DNA from: an uncultured Candidatus Saccharibacteria bacterium
Lineage (GTDB): Bacteria; Patescibacteriota; Minisyncoccia; UBA6257; UBA9933
Length of the DNA stretch: 36,541 bases
Direction of reading: 5' to 3'
NCBI GenBank assembly: GCA_964362385.1
Contig: CAYIEH010000002.1
Span: 1 to 36,541 of the forward strand
This document shows, piece after piece, positions 14,061-22,537 of the stretch. Positions within the stretch are counted from its first letter, which is position 1. Every line of letters starts with the position of its first letter. The notes beneath the pieces are model-generated. The model did no database searches. It saw only the letters and a list, made by a program, of their open reading frames with translations, and was not told the DNA's origin. The position numbers were made by a program, and so were the translations under genes.

Positions 14061-15884
14061 TTATTGCGAATGTAAAACTTTTTTGACAATATCCCAGTAT
14101 CTTGAATCGTTGTATTTTTCCTTCATATAATACCACCATTCGCTTCCCCATAAATAATATTCGGAAAAACCGGTTTCTTTCGCATATTTTATTGTATCAA
14201 TAAAATATTCAGGGCTAAAGAGTTGAACCTGCCGCTCGTAAGAAAGTTTGGGTATGTCTAATTTATCCCACGGCTCTGCCTGAAGTTCGCTTACGATAAA
14301 CGGCTTTTTTTGGTCGTTAATCAAAAAACGCGTTATTTTCTCTTTGAGTTTAAAGTACGACGGGCCGATTGGATATTCAATATTCCCGACCAGCCAGCCG
14401 ACAGAAGGCGGATAAGTTTTCCTGTACATTGTTGTGCCGAACATATCCCCGTATTCAGCCGCCCTATACCACAGGCCGAATTCTCCGCCGTCAGTCAAAA
14501 GTATCGGTCTGTTATCGAGAGATCTCACCAGAGCTATTTCTTTCTTCACGGAATCAACGCTTCTTGTCGGGCAATTTCCGAAAATAAGAAACGGCTCGTT
14601 TTCAATCTGCCAGACGGAGATTGCCGTATTGTTTTTGTAATGCGCCACTAATTCTTTTAAATAAGCCTTAAGCTGATTTTCTTTCTCGTCTCCGGGAAGA
14701 TTTTGAGCCCAATCAGGAATATGGCACTCTGGCCACCTTGGAGTTTTCAGTCCGACAACCAAAATCGCCATGGCGTTGTTTTCTTTTGTTTTCTGAAGAA
14801 GCCAGTCTGTTTCGGAAAAATCAAATTTGCCTTTTTCTTTTTCAATATCTTCCCAATAAGCGACTAACCTTACTTTTTTAGGATGAAAACCGAACATTAT
14901 TTCCTCATAAGTTTTTTGCCAATCAATCCCTAACTGCCTGCTGAATTTCGCCGAATAAGTAATCCCCCATGTTATATTTCTGTTTAAGTCAATTGGCAGG
15001 CTTCGCGCATAATCAATCAGCCCCAAAAGAAAAATTCCGGAAAAAATCAACAATGCCGCGAATATTTTTCCTGCCAATATCCTCCCGCTAAATTTTTCTT
15101 TCAATAAAATCCAGGCAAAAATAAAAATGACTATGTATTTTATGCTCTGAAGCGCGTCAACTAACGCCGGATTTTGAGAAATTTTTATCGCAAAACTGAC
15201 AAGTAAAGACCCGATTCCGGCGTAAAGTCTGTTGGAAAAATAAAGAAAATAATGCTTTATCTTTGGGACGTCAGTATGATGAAATATTCTTTGCCTTATA
15301 TTTCCGGAAAATAAGAACGCTAAGGCAAGTATGGCGCCCCCAACCTTTATCCAGAAAAATCCCGTAACAAAATTCGTTGTTTCAAAAACTACTTTACTTA
15401 AGACATTTGAAAGGCCGAACAAAAACGAGCTGGCTAAAATTAAAATAATTGATATTTTACGGACTTCTTTTTTTTCAATTGCAAACAAAACCAACGATCC
15501 AAGAATCAAAAGCGTGAAAGCGATGTAATCACCCGACCCCAGCCATGAACTCAAAAAAATGAAACCAAAAACCAGCGTAAATATCGGTGAAATTCCGCCG
15601 ATTATCGGCAATGTCTGAGAAGCCTCGCTTAAATAAAGCGCGTAAATCATAAACACCATTGCCAGAATAAAAATAGCTCCCGCCGCAAGGGCTATAAGGA
15701 TGGTATTTAAAGCTGTTAATTGAAAACCGAAGGGTAAAAAAACTACGGCAAATAATCCTAAAACCCCTATCCAAAATGTGTACGTGAAAGGGTCAAAAAA
15801 TTTACGCTTCAGCAACGCTTTGTCAAAAACCGCGGAAGTGCCTAAAATTATTTGGGCTAATACGGCTATAAAAAGCCAGTTCAT
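14061..15884 (-). CDS. Fusion protein: N-terminal EamA/DMT-like 10-TM domain plus C-terminal clan GH-A glycoside hydrolase domain
   Basis: Residues 1 to about 295 are hydrophobic with EamA-like repeats. The C-terminal part has WQIENEP (acid/base NEP) and FIVSELQAEPW (candidate nucleophile E). Confidence 0.6.
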   Translation of the reverse strand: MNWLFIAVLAQIILGTSAVFDKALLKRKFFDPFTYTFWIGVLGLFAVVFLPFGFQLTALNTILIALAAGAIFILAMVFMIYALYLSEASQTLPIIGGISPIFTLVFGFIFLSSWLGSGDYIAFTLLILGSLVLFAIEKKEVRKISIILILASSFLFGLSNVLSKVVFETTNFVTGFFWIKVGGAILALAFLFSGNIRQRIFHHTDVPKIKHYFLYFSNRLYAGIGSLLVSFAIKISQNPALVDALQSIKYIVIFIFAWILLKEKFSGRILAGKIFAALLIFSGIFLLGLIDYARSLPIDLNRNITWGITYSAKFSRQLGIDWQKTYEEIMFGFHPKKVRLVAYWEDIEKEKGKFDFSETDWLLQKTKENNAMAILVVGLKTPRWPECHIPDWAQNLPGDEKENQLKAYLKELVAHYKNNTAISVWQIENEPFLIFGNCPTRSVDSVKKEIALVRSLDNRPILLTDGGEFGLWYRAAEYGDMFGTTMYRKTYPPSVGWLVGNIEYPIGPSYFKLKEKITRFLINDQKKPFIVSELQAEPWDKLDIPKLSYERQVQLFSPEYFIDTIKYAKETGFSEYYLWGSEWWYYMKEKYNDSRYWDIVKKVLHSQ

Positions 15885-15901
15885 TGCTAATATTTTATCC
15901 T

Positions 15902-15964
15902 GTTAGAAGCAGATTATCAAAGATAATTACCGGAATCCAGATTAAACGAATTCCGGCTTCTAAC
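15902..15964 (-). terminator. Compound hairpin directly downstream of the GH1 gene (terminator-like, no clear U-tract)
   Basis: Outer stem gttagaagc (15902-15910) / gcttctaac (15956-15964). Inner stem ccggaat (15930-15936) / attccgg (15950-15956). Confidence 0.35.
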
Positions 15965-15969
15965 GGGAT

Positions 15970-17355
15970 TTACTCCGTTATGGCGTTGGCTTCAATTATT
16001 TTTTTGTATTCCAAAGCGCTTGGCCGGATTTTTCGCTCCATTGTTTTATAATTCACTTCCACCAGCCCGAATCTAGGCCAAAAACCTTTATCCCATTCAA
16101 AATTATCCAGCAAAGACCAGTAAAAATATCCTCGCACATCTACGCCCTCACTAATCGCCTTATGCACCCACTTCAAGTGATTTTTTATAAACTTCGCTCG
16201 TTTTTCATCTTTTGCATCAGCTAAACCATTTTCAGTTATATAAATTGGCAAGTTTTTTTCCTTCAATTTTTTTAAATTATGATAAATTCCTTCCGGATAA
16301 ATCTCCCAGCCCATATCCGAAATCCATTTATTTGGATTGCGTACGTCAAAAAGTATAAAACGGCCATTAAAAGGGACCACCTTTATTGTATCTAAAAAAT
16401 AATAATTTAGGCCGATAAAATCCTCAAAGCCATCGGTCCATTTTAAATTTCGCCAGTCTCTAAAATATTGCAGAAGTTTAACAGCCACTTTATCCAAGAG
16501 TGATTTTTTATTAAAAGGTAAATGATAATGAATATTGTTTGCGTTTCCAACCATAACTCCAGGCAATTTTTTATGGAGAAGAAGATAGGTTTTTTTATAA
16601 GCAGTAATAAAATTTTTAAGAACTTTATCAGCTTTAAACAAATTTTTCTTTTCTGGAGGAAATTGACCCATAACGTAAGCAAGTCCTGTGTAAATTGTCG
16701 GTTCATTAATGGGTATCCAAAATTTAACTTCTTGGCCGAGTGTTTGTATTATTTTCCCCGCATATCGCAAAAAATATTCAACTGTTTTTTTATTTTCCCA
16801 GCCGCCGATATCCCGTATCCATAAAGGGTTAGTCCAATGCCAAAGCGTCACAAACGGCTCAATGCCGCGTTTACGCAACGCTTTTATAACCTGCCAATAA
16901 TGTTCAATTTCTTTTTCATTAAATTTTCCTTGTTCCGGCTCTATGCGCGACCATTCAATGGAAAAACGATGAGCGTTGTGACCCAATGATTTGGCAATAT
17001 CAAAATCTTCTTCATAACGATTGTAATGGTCGCATGCCCGGCCGGAAATGTAATTTTCTTTTTGAAGCGGATTTGGTCCGCCAGCTTGCGGATTCAAAAT
17101 ATAATCCGGCCAGTTCTTACGATTTGCCATTTGCGATTTGCTATTTGCCGTTTTATGCTCCCACTCACTCCAATCATTATAGTTGTTTCCCTCAACTTGA
17201 TGAGATGAAGTTGCCGCCCCGAAAAAGAATTTTTCGGGGCGAGCCTCGCCCGTTTTTGATGGGCGGGCCGCTCCCCAATAGAACCCCGAAGGATCCCGCC
17301 TTGGCGGGACCAACGGGGCAGGTCCTTTTGGAAATTCAAATTTATTTTCTGTCAT
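15970..17355 (-). CDS. GH1 family beta-glucosidase with two in-frame N-terminal insertions
   Basis: Motifs GAATSSHQVEG, NEP (PINEPTIYT), ITENG and WSLLDNFEW. Start moved to ATG 17355 (MTENKFEFPKG), just after the stop of the upstream AEC gene at 17357. Confidence 0.9.
   Translation of the reverse strand: MTENKFEFPKGPAPLVPPRRDPSGFYWGAARPSKTGEARPEKFFFGAATSSHQVEGNNYNDWSEWEHKTANSKSQMANRKNWPDYILNPQAGGPNPLQKENYISGRACDHYNRYEEDFDIAKSLGHNAHRFSIEWSRIEPEQGKFNEKEIEHYWQVIKALRKRGIEPFVTLWHWTNPLWIRDIGGWENKKTVEYFLRYAGKIIQTLGQEVKFWIPINEPTIYTGLAYVMGQFPPEKKNLFKADKVLKNFITAYKKTYLLLHKKLPGVMVGNANNIHYHLPFNKKSLLDKVAVKLLQYFRDWRNLKWTDGFEDFIGLNYYFLDTIKVVPFNGRFILFDVRNPNKWISDMGWEIYPEGIYHNLKKLKEKNLPIYITENGLADAKDEKRAKFIKNHLKWVHKAISEGVDVRGYFYWSLLDNFEWDKGFWPRFGLVEVNYKTMERKIRPSALEYKKIIEANAITE
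17121..17148. repeat. Heptanucleotide tandem array (NATTTGC x4) inside GH1
   Basis: Units are gatttgc, catttgc, gatttgc, tatttgc. It encodes ANSKSQMANRK. Confidence 0.8.
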
Positions 17356-17356
17356 T

Positions 17357-18265
17357 TTAAAACAAATAAACAATAAGAGGCACCACTATAAATGAAAGAA
17401 TTGTGGATGCCAAAATGACGTTTCCGACCAAAGCGCTGTTTAATTTGAATTTTTCAGAAATCACAAATGTGGTCACCGCCGTTGGCATTGACGCAAGCAA
17501 CGCCGCTACCTGAAAATTGGAAACTTTAAATAAATAAAAATAAACAGCGGCGATAAAAACGGGAAACGCAGCGAGTTTTAAAATTGAAGAACACGCCACC
17601 AACCCCAAATCTTTTTTAAAAAATTTCCCGTAAAGAAATCCGCCGAGCACGAATAAGGCGACTGGAGAAGCGGTGGCGCCCAGCATTAAAAGGGACTTTT
17701 TAAACCCGTCAATTGCGGGAAAATCGATTTTCAGAAAACTAAGCGCGATTCCCGCGACTGTTGAAATTATCAGGGGGTTTTTAACGAATTCAGCCAATTC
17801 TTTTGACAATTTATGCTCCCTGTTATGCCAGTAGCGGATAACGAATATGGAAATTAAAAGAGGAATAATTAAATAAATCGTTCCTATCAACGTCCCTGCC
17901 GGCAAATATCCTTTTCCAAAACTAAGTTCAATCAATGGAAAACCCATATAAATGGTATTGCCTGTTACCGCAGTCAAAAAAATCGCCGCCTTTAAATCTT
18001 TGTTTATTTTTATGACGGAAAGTAAAAGCAATAAAATCAAAGAGAATGACGCAATAGTGAAAAAGCTGAATTTGATGATACGCCAGTTTTCTCCGTTTAA
18101 AAAATCAATATTCCACAAACTCACCGCAATCAAGGCCGGCAACGAAACATAATACGCGAAACTATTCAGGCTTCGGATATCGTTGTCATTGATTATTCCC
18201 TTCTTTCTTAACAGCCACCCGCCAAACACTATAAAAAATATCGGTAATGAAATAAAAATTCCCAT
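17357..18265 (-). CDS. AEC (auxin efflux carrier) family transporter
   Basis: About 10 predicted TM helices, with length and organisation typical of Mem_trans/AEC permeases. I recognise no diagnostic motif beyond the hydrophobicity pattern. Confidence 0.6.
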   Translation of the reverse strand: MGIFISLPIFFIVFGGWLLRKKGIINDNDIRSLNSFAYYVSLPALIAVSLWNIDFLNGENWRIIKFSFFTIASFSLILLLLLSVIKINKDLKAAIFLTAVTGNTIYMGFPLIELSFGKGYLPAGTLIGTIYLIIPLLISIFVIRYWHNREHKLSKELAEFVKNPLIISTVAGIALSFLKIDFPAIDGFKKSLLMLGATASPVALFVLGGFLYGKFFKKDLGLVACSSILKLAAFPVFIAAVYFYLFKVSNFQVAALLASMPTAVTTFVISEKFKLNSALVGNVILASTILSFIVVPLIVYLF

Positions 18266-18309
18266 TTTAGTTATTTATTATTTGATAAACTCAGAATTGC
18301 GTGTTGTTT

Positions 18310-21300
18310 TTAATTTTTCTTAACGCCGAGCCAGATTGAAATGTTATCAATTTTAGTTTCTGTTTCTGCGCCGAATTTATCCGTTCTTTTGAATTCAATG
18401 GATTTTGCTCCCACGCTTTTTTTAATTCCAGAAGTATATTTATCTATTAAATCTCGCATTCCACTTTCCGCTTCCACATATAAAACGATGGTGTCTTTCG
18501 GCTGGTATCCGGCTTGCTTTCGCAAATCCTGAATCATCCTGGTTAATTCTCTGATTTGGCCTTCATCTTTTAATTCTTGAGTGATTACGATGTCTAATTC
18601 AACATCGGTTGCAATATTTTTATCAAAAACAATTTCTTTCACATTCACTTCGTCTTTAACTAAATTCAATAATTCATTTTTATTTCTTAATTCATAATTC
18701 TTAATTCTTAATTCAAATAATGGTTGTCTCACTTTTATTCCCGCTTCCTGCCGTTTTGCCAAAGCTAATTCTGCGAATTTTCTCGCTTTTTTCATTTCTT
18801 CTATTAAAAGTTTTTCTTTTGCGGCTAATTTCTTTATCAGAGGATAATCTTCCAAATGAACGCTTTCTTTCTTGCTCTGCAACAACTTAAACAAGGCTTC
18901 GGAAATAAAAGGCGTAATCGGCGCTATGGCCTTGGAAAATTCGCTTAAAACAAAGTGGGTGGTCGCAATCGCTGATTTTTGGTCCGTACCGCTATTTTTA
19001 AATCGTTCTCGCGAACGCCTGATATACCATATGGACAAATCCTCCACAAAATCTCCTATCGGCTGGCTGGTTTTGTCCAATTCATATTCATTAATTGCCC
19101 CGCTAATCTGATTGATTGTTTCCTGCAACCGCGTCAAAATCCATTTATCCAACACATTTTTACTATTTGCTATTTGCCTTTTGCCGTTAGCTTTCTTGTC
19201 TGTGTATAGTCTATAAAAACTATAAGAATTCCAAAGGCGCAAAATCGTCTTTTTATAAACATCGTCCACGCCTTTTTCCAAAAAATTCAAACTTTCAGCG
19301 CGCACTGCCGGCGATGATAAAAGATAAAGCCGCAAAGCGTCCGCTCCATACCTGTTTACTAATTCCATAGGGTCGGGATAATTTTTGAGGCGCTTGCTCA
19401 TTTTTTGCCCGTCTTCAGCCAAAATAATTCCATTGGCAATCACGTTTTTATAAGCCGGCTTTCCGAATAGCGCAGAAGACAGCACTAAAAGCGTATAAAA
19501 CCACCCCCTTGTCTGATCAACTCCTTCTGCGATAAATTCCGCCGGAAAATTTTTTTCGAATTTCTTTTTATTTTCAAAAGGATAGTGAGACTGACCATAG
19601 GGCATTGAGCCTGATTCAAACCAGCAGTCAAAAACATCCGGCACTCTGCGCATTTCTCCTCCGCAAACGCATTTAAATTCAACCTCGTCTATAAACGGCC
19701 TGTGCAAATCAAGCTCGTAATTATCGTCATGCGGAACCGGGGTAAAATCAAGTTTTCTGACTTCGCCGGTTTTGATAAAATCGTTTTTCTTTCCTTTTAA
19801 TTCAACCGCTTTTTTTGGATTCGCGCCTTCTGCCGCGGCGAATAAATTCCATATCGGATATTCATGGCTTACTATTAAAATATTTTTGCCGGAATAATTT
19901 CTGTCTGTGTCGTACAAAAAATCGCCGACTCTCTTTTTAAGTTCGGTCAAATTCTCGCCCCCGGGCGGAGTTTTATAAAATTTTTCCTCAATAGAATTAA
20001 AGTACTTATGATAATCTCCGGTCCGTTTTCCTTCAAAAATTCCCACGTTAACTTCCATTAATCTGCGGTCTGGAATAACTTTTTCCCTGCTTAATCCGAT
20101 TTTTTCAGCCACTAAAAAAGCCGTTTGTTTCGTTCTCTCAAACTCGGAATAAAATATAAAATCTATATTTCTATCTTTTAATTTTTGCGCCGTTAATATT
20201 ATCTCTTTTCTGCCTTTGTCTGTTAAAGGATATTTATCGCTGGTTTCGATTTTAGAACTTACCCAATTGTCGCCGTTGCTTTTTGCCCAACCGTGGCGCA
20301 TTACAAAATATCTATTGACGGATTTTTCCGTGCTGTTTTTTATGTCTGCTATGGAACCGATAACTTTCAATTTATGACACTGGTCGCATTTCCAAACTGG
20401 AATCGGCGCGCCCCAAAAACGGCTTCTTGAAATTGACCAATCGCGCGCGTCTTTTATCCAATTGCCAAATCTGCCTTTTTGAAGATGCGGCGGTATCCAA
20501 TTGACCCTTTTATTATTTTCTATCAATCCGCCTTTGCCGTTTTTAATTTCAGTGACTTTCACAAACCACGAAGAGGTCGCGTAATTCAAAAGCGGGGTGT
20601 CGCAGCGCCAGCAATGCGGATATGAATGGTTCATTTTCTCTTTTTTGAAAAGCTTATTGTTATGAGCCAACCATTTTATTATTCCAATATCAGTTGCTGC
20701 CGGGTTATCCTTAGGCTTTGCCTGAAGACCGGCGAAATCCGACGCTTCTTTTTTAATACTGCCATCCATTGCAACGTGCTGAATAAACGGCAATTTATAC
20801 TTATTACCCAGTTGCATATCGTCTTCTCCGAACGCCGGAGCAATGTGAACTATTCCAGTTCCTTCTTCCCTATTCACAAAACCTGCCGGATAAATTTTCC
20901 ATCCATTCTCTCTATTTTTTAAGCCCTCGTCTTTGAAATAGTAATCAAATATCGGTCTATATTGTTTTCCAATGATTTCTTTAGCGCTTATGGTTTTAAT
21001 AATTTCATATTCTTTATCCAACATCTCAAGCCTGTTTTTTGCCAAGATAAACCTTCCTTCTCCCTGTTGCTGAAGATTTTTAAACTTTACAACCGCATTT
21101 TCAATATCCGGATTTACCGCCAATGCCACATTGCCCGGCAAAGTCCACGGAGTCGTAGTCCAAGCCAATAAATATGTCGTTGATTGTTTGTCGTTGGTCG
21201 TTGGTTCTATTAATTCCGCTTTCACATAAACCGAAATATCGTCAATTTCTTTATAATTTTGCGTGACCTCAAAGTTTGATAAGGTCGTTTCGCAGCGCGG

Positions 21301-21843
21301 GCAAATATGCATTGATTTATAACCCTCGTAAATCAATCCTTTGTCAAAAAGTTTTTTAAAAACCCAGAGAACGGATTCGGTATAATCCGCGTCCATGGTC
21401 TTATAATCATTTTCCATATCAACCCAACGCCCGATACGGGGAATTATCTTTTTCCAGTCCCCGGCAAAAGAAAGCACGCGGTCGCGCGCCGCTTTATTGA
21501 ATTTAGCCACTCCTATTTTAAAAATGTCTTTTTTGGTTTTAAGCCCAAGCTCTTCTTCAATTATGTTTTCTATCGGAAGACCGTGGCAGTCCCAACCCCA
21601 AACTCTTTCAACTTTCTTTCCTTTCATTATCTGGTATCTGGGAATTGCGTCTTTTATGATATTAGCCAAAATATGGCCATAATGCGGAAGACCAGTGGCA
21701 AAAGGAGGCCCGTCATAAAAAACATAGTCCCCTTTCGGAGCTTTCTTATTTACCGATTTTTCAAAAATTTTTTTCTCCTGCCAGAATTTAAGGACTTTTT
21801 CCTCAATTTCCTTGGGAATAAAGCTTTTTAAATCGTCAAACAT
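18310..21843 (-). CDS. ileS: Isoleucine--tRNA ligase (type-2-like) with an inserted histidine phosphatase domain
   Basis: HIGH motif (PHYGH), KMSKS motif (KMSKRL), editing-domain TTTPWTLPGN, and DVFDCWFESGSMPYGQ. At 1177 aa it is oversized. The RHG...SHE domain occupies about aa 503-708. Confidence 0.9.
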   Translation of the reverse strand: MFDDLKSFIPKEIEEKVLKFWQEKKIFEKSVNKKAPKGDYVFYDGPPFATGLPHYGHILANIIKDAIPRYQIMKGKKVERVWGWDCHGLPIENIIEEELGLKTKKDIFKIGVAKFNKAARDRVLSFAGDWKKIIPRIGRWVDMENDYKTMDADYTESVLWVFKKLFDKGLIYEGYKSMHICPRCETTLSNFEVTQNYKEIDDISVYVKAELIEPTTNDKQSTTYLLAWTTTPWTLPGNVALAVNPDIENAVVKFKNLQQQGEGRFILAKNRLEMLDKEYEIIKTISAKEIIGKQYRPIFDYYFKDEGLKNRENGWKIYPAGFVNREEGTGIVHIAPAFGEDDMQLGNKYKLPFIQHVAMDGSIKKEASDFAGLQAKPKDNPAATDIGIIKWLAHNNKLFKKEKMNHSYPHCWRCDTPLLNYATSSWFVKVTEIKNGKGGLIENNKRVNWIPPHLQKGRFGNWIKDARDWSISRSRFWGAPIPVWKCDQCHKLKVIGSIADIKNSTEKSVNRYFVMRHGWAKSNGDNWVSSKIETSDKYPLTDKGRKEIILTAQKLKDRNIDFIFYSEFERTKQTAFLVAEKIGLSREKVIPDRRLMEVNVGIFEGKRTGDYHKYFNSIEEKFYKTPPGGENLTELKKRVGDFLYDTDRNYSGKNILIVSHEYPIWNLFAAAEGANPKKAVELKGKKNDFIKTGEVRKLDFTPVPHDDNYELDLHRPFIDEVEFKCVCGGEMRRVPDVFDCWFESGSMPYGQSHYPFENKKKFEKNFPAEFIAEGVDQTRGWFYTLLVLSSALFGKPAYKNVIANGIILAEDGQKMSKRLKNYPDPMELVNRYGADALRLYLLSSPAVRAESLNFLEKGVDDVYKKTILRLWNSYSFYRLYTDKKANGKRQIANSKNVLDKWILTRLQETINQISGAINEYELDKTSQPIGDFVEDLSIWYIRRSRERFKNSGTDQKSAIATTHFVLSEFSKAIAPITPFISEALFKLLQSKKESVHLEDYPLIKKLAAKEKLLIEEMKKARKFAELALAKRQEAGIKVRQPLFELRIKNYELRNKNELLNLVKDEVNVKEIVFDKNIATDVELDIVITQELKDEGQIRELTRMIQDLRKQAGYQPKDTIVLYVEAESGMRDLIDKYTSGIKKSVGAKSIEFKRTDKFGAETETKIDNISIWLGVKKN
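18684..18718. repeat. Heptanucleotide tandem array (ttcttaa-like x5) inside the ileS 3' region
   Basis: Units are ttcttaa, ttcataa, ttcttaa, ttcttaa, ttcaaat. It encodes ELRIKNYELRNKN. Confidence 0.8.
19164..19184. repeat. Heptanucleotide tandem array (tatttgc x2 plus cttttgc) inside ileS
   Basis: Same unit family as 17121-17148. It encodes ANGKRQIANSK. Confidence 0.8.
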
Positions 21844-21880
21844 AATAATTTTATTATATTTTAAATTTTAAAAATTAAAA

Positions 21881-21918
21881 AGCCTATCCGGAGAATTTAT
21901 TCCCAGACAGGCTTTTTT
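21881..21918 (-). terminator. Hairpin with flanking A/T runs at the end of the pilus operon (bidirectional terminator candidate)
   Basis: aaaaagcctatccgg ... ccagacaggctttttt. The stem is imperfect, and T-runs follow it on either strand. Confidence 0.45.
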
Positions 21919-21952
21919 ACTTCCTGTCAAAAATCAAACAGCCGCACTTGCC

Positions 21953-22492
21953 TTAAAGTCTCCAATTGAAAAAATGATCCTCCAGATTGATTTCGTTTTT
22001 AATGCTTCCTCTGCCAACCCATTTGACAACTGAATTAACTTTTATTTCGTCATTGCTTACAGGCGTAATATGGACTGTTCTATAAAACTTCACGGGATTG
22101 CCAACCGCATAACTATAAACGCCTGTTGAAGAATCAAATCTGATTGAATTAACGCTGTTGCTCGGACAGTTTGTTTCTGTTGCCTCGGAAATATTCATTG
22201 TTTTATAATCCACTTCATAGCATTTTTCATTGCCGAATCCGTCATTCCAGGGCCGTTTTTGAATTACATTCGCGTCTATGAGATTTTTTACGACTTCAAT
22301 GCCTTCTGAAGCCAGATAATTGGCGACGAACTGGTCGCTTATCACGCTGTTTAAACTGATTGAACGGGAAATTAATCCTAAAAATCCCAAAAATCCGACA
22401 GTCAATAAGCTGATTGCGACTATAAGTTCAACCAGCAAATAGCCGTCTTTATTGTTATCAGATTTAAAAATTAAAAAATTAAGAGATTTCAT
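21953..22492 (-). CDS. Prepilin-type N-terminal cleavage/methylation domain protein (minor pilin)
   Basis: N-terminus KDG-YLLVELIVAISLLTVGFLGF matches the class III signal pattern G/(F,Y)xxxE plus a hydrophobic helix. Confidence 0.65.
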   Translation of the reverse strand: MKSLNFLIFKSDNNKDGYLLVELIVAISLLTVGFLGFLGLISRSISLNSVISDQFVANYLASEGIEVVKNLIDANVIQKRPWNDGFGNEKCYEVDYKTMNISEATETNCPSNSVNSIRFDSSTGVYSYAVGNPVKFYRTVHITPVSNDEIKVNSVVKWVGRGSIKNEINLEDHFFNWRL

Positions 22493-22537
22493 TTTGTTTT
22501 ATGGCGTAATTTTATTAAATAAGAATTTTTTCTGTAA

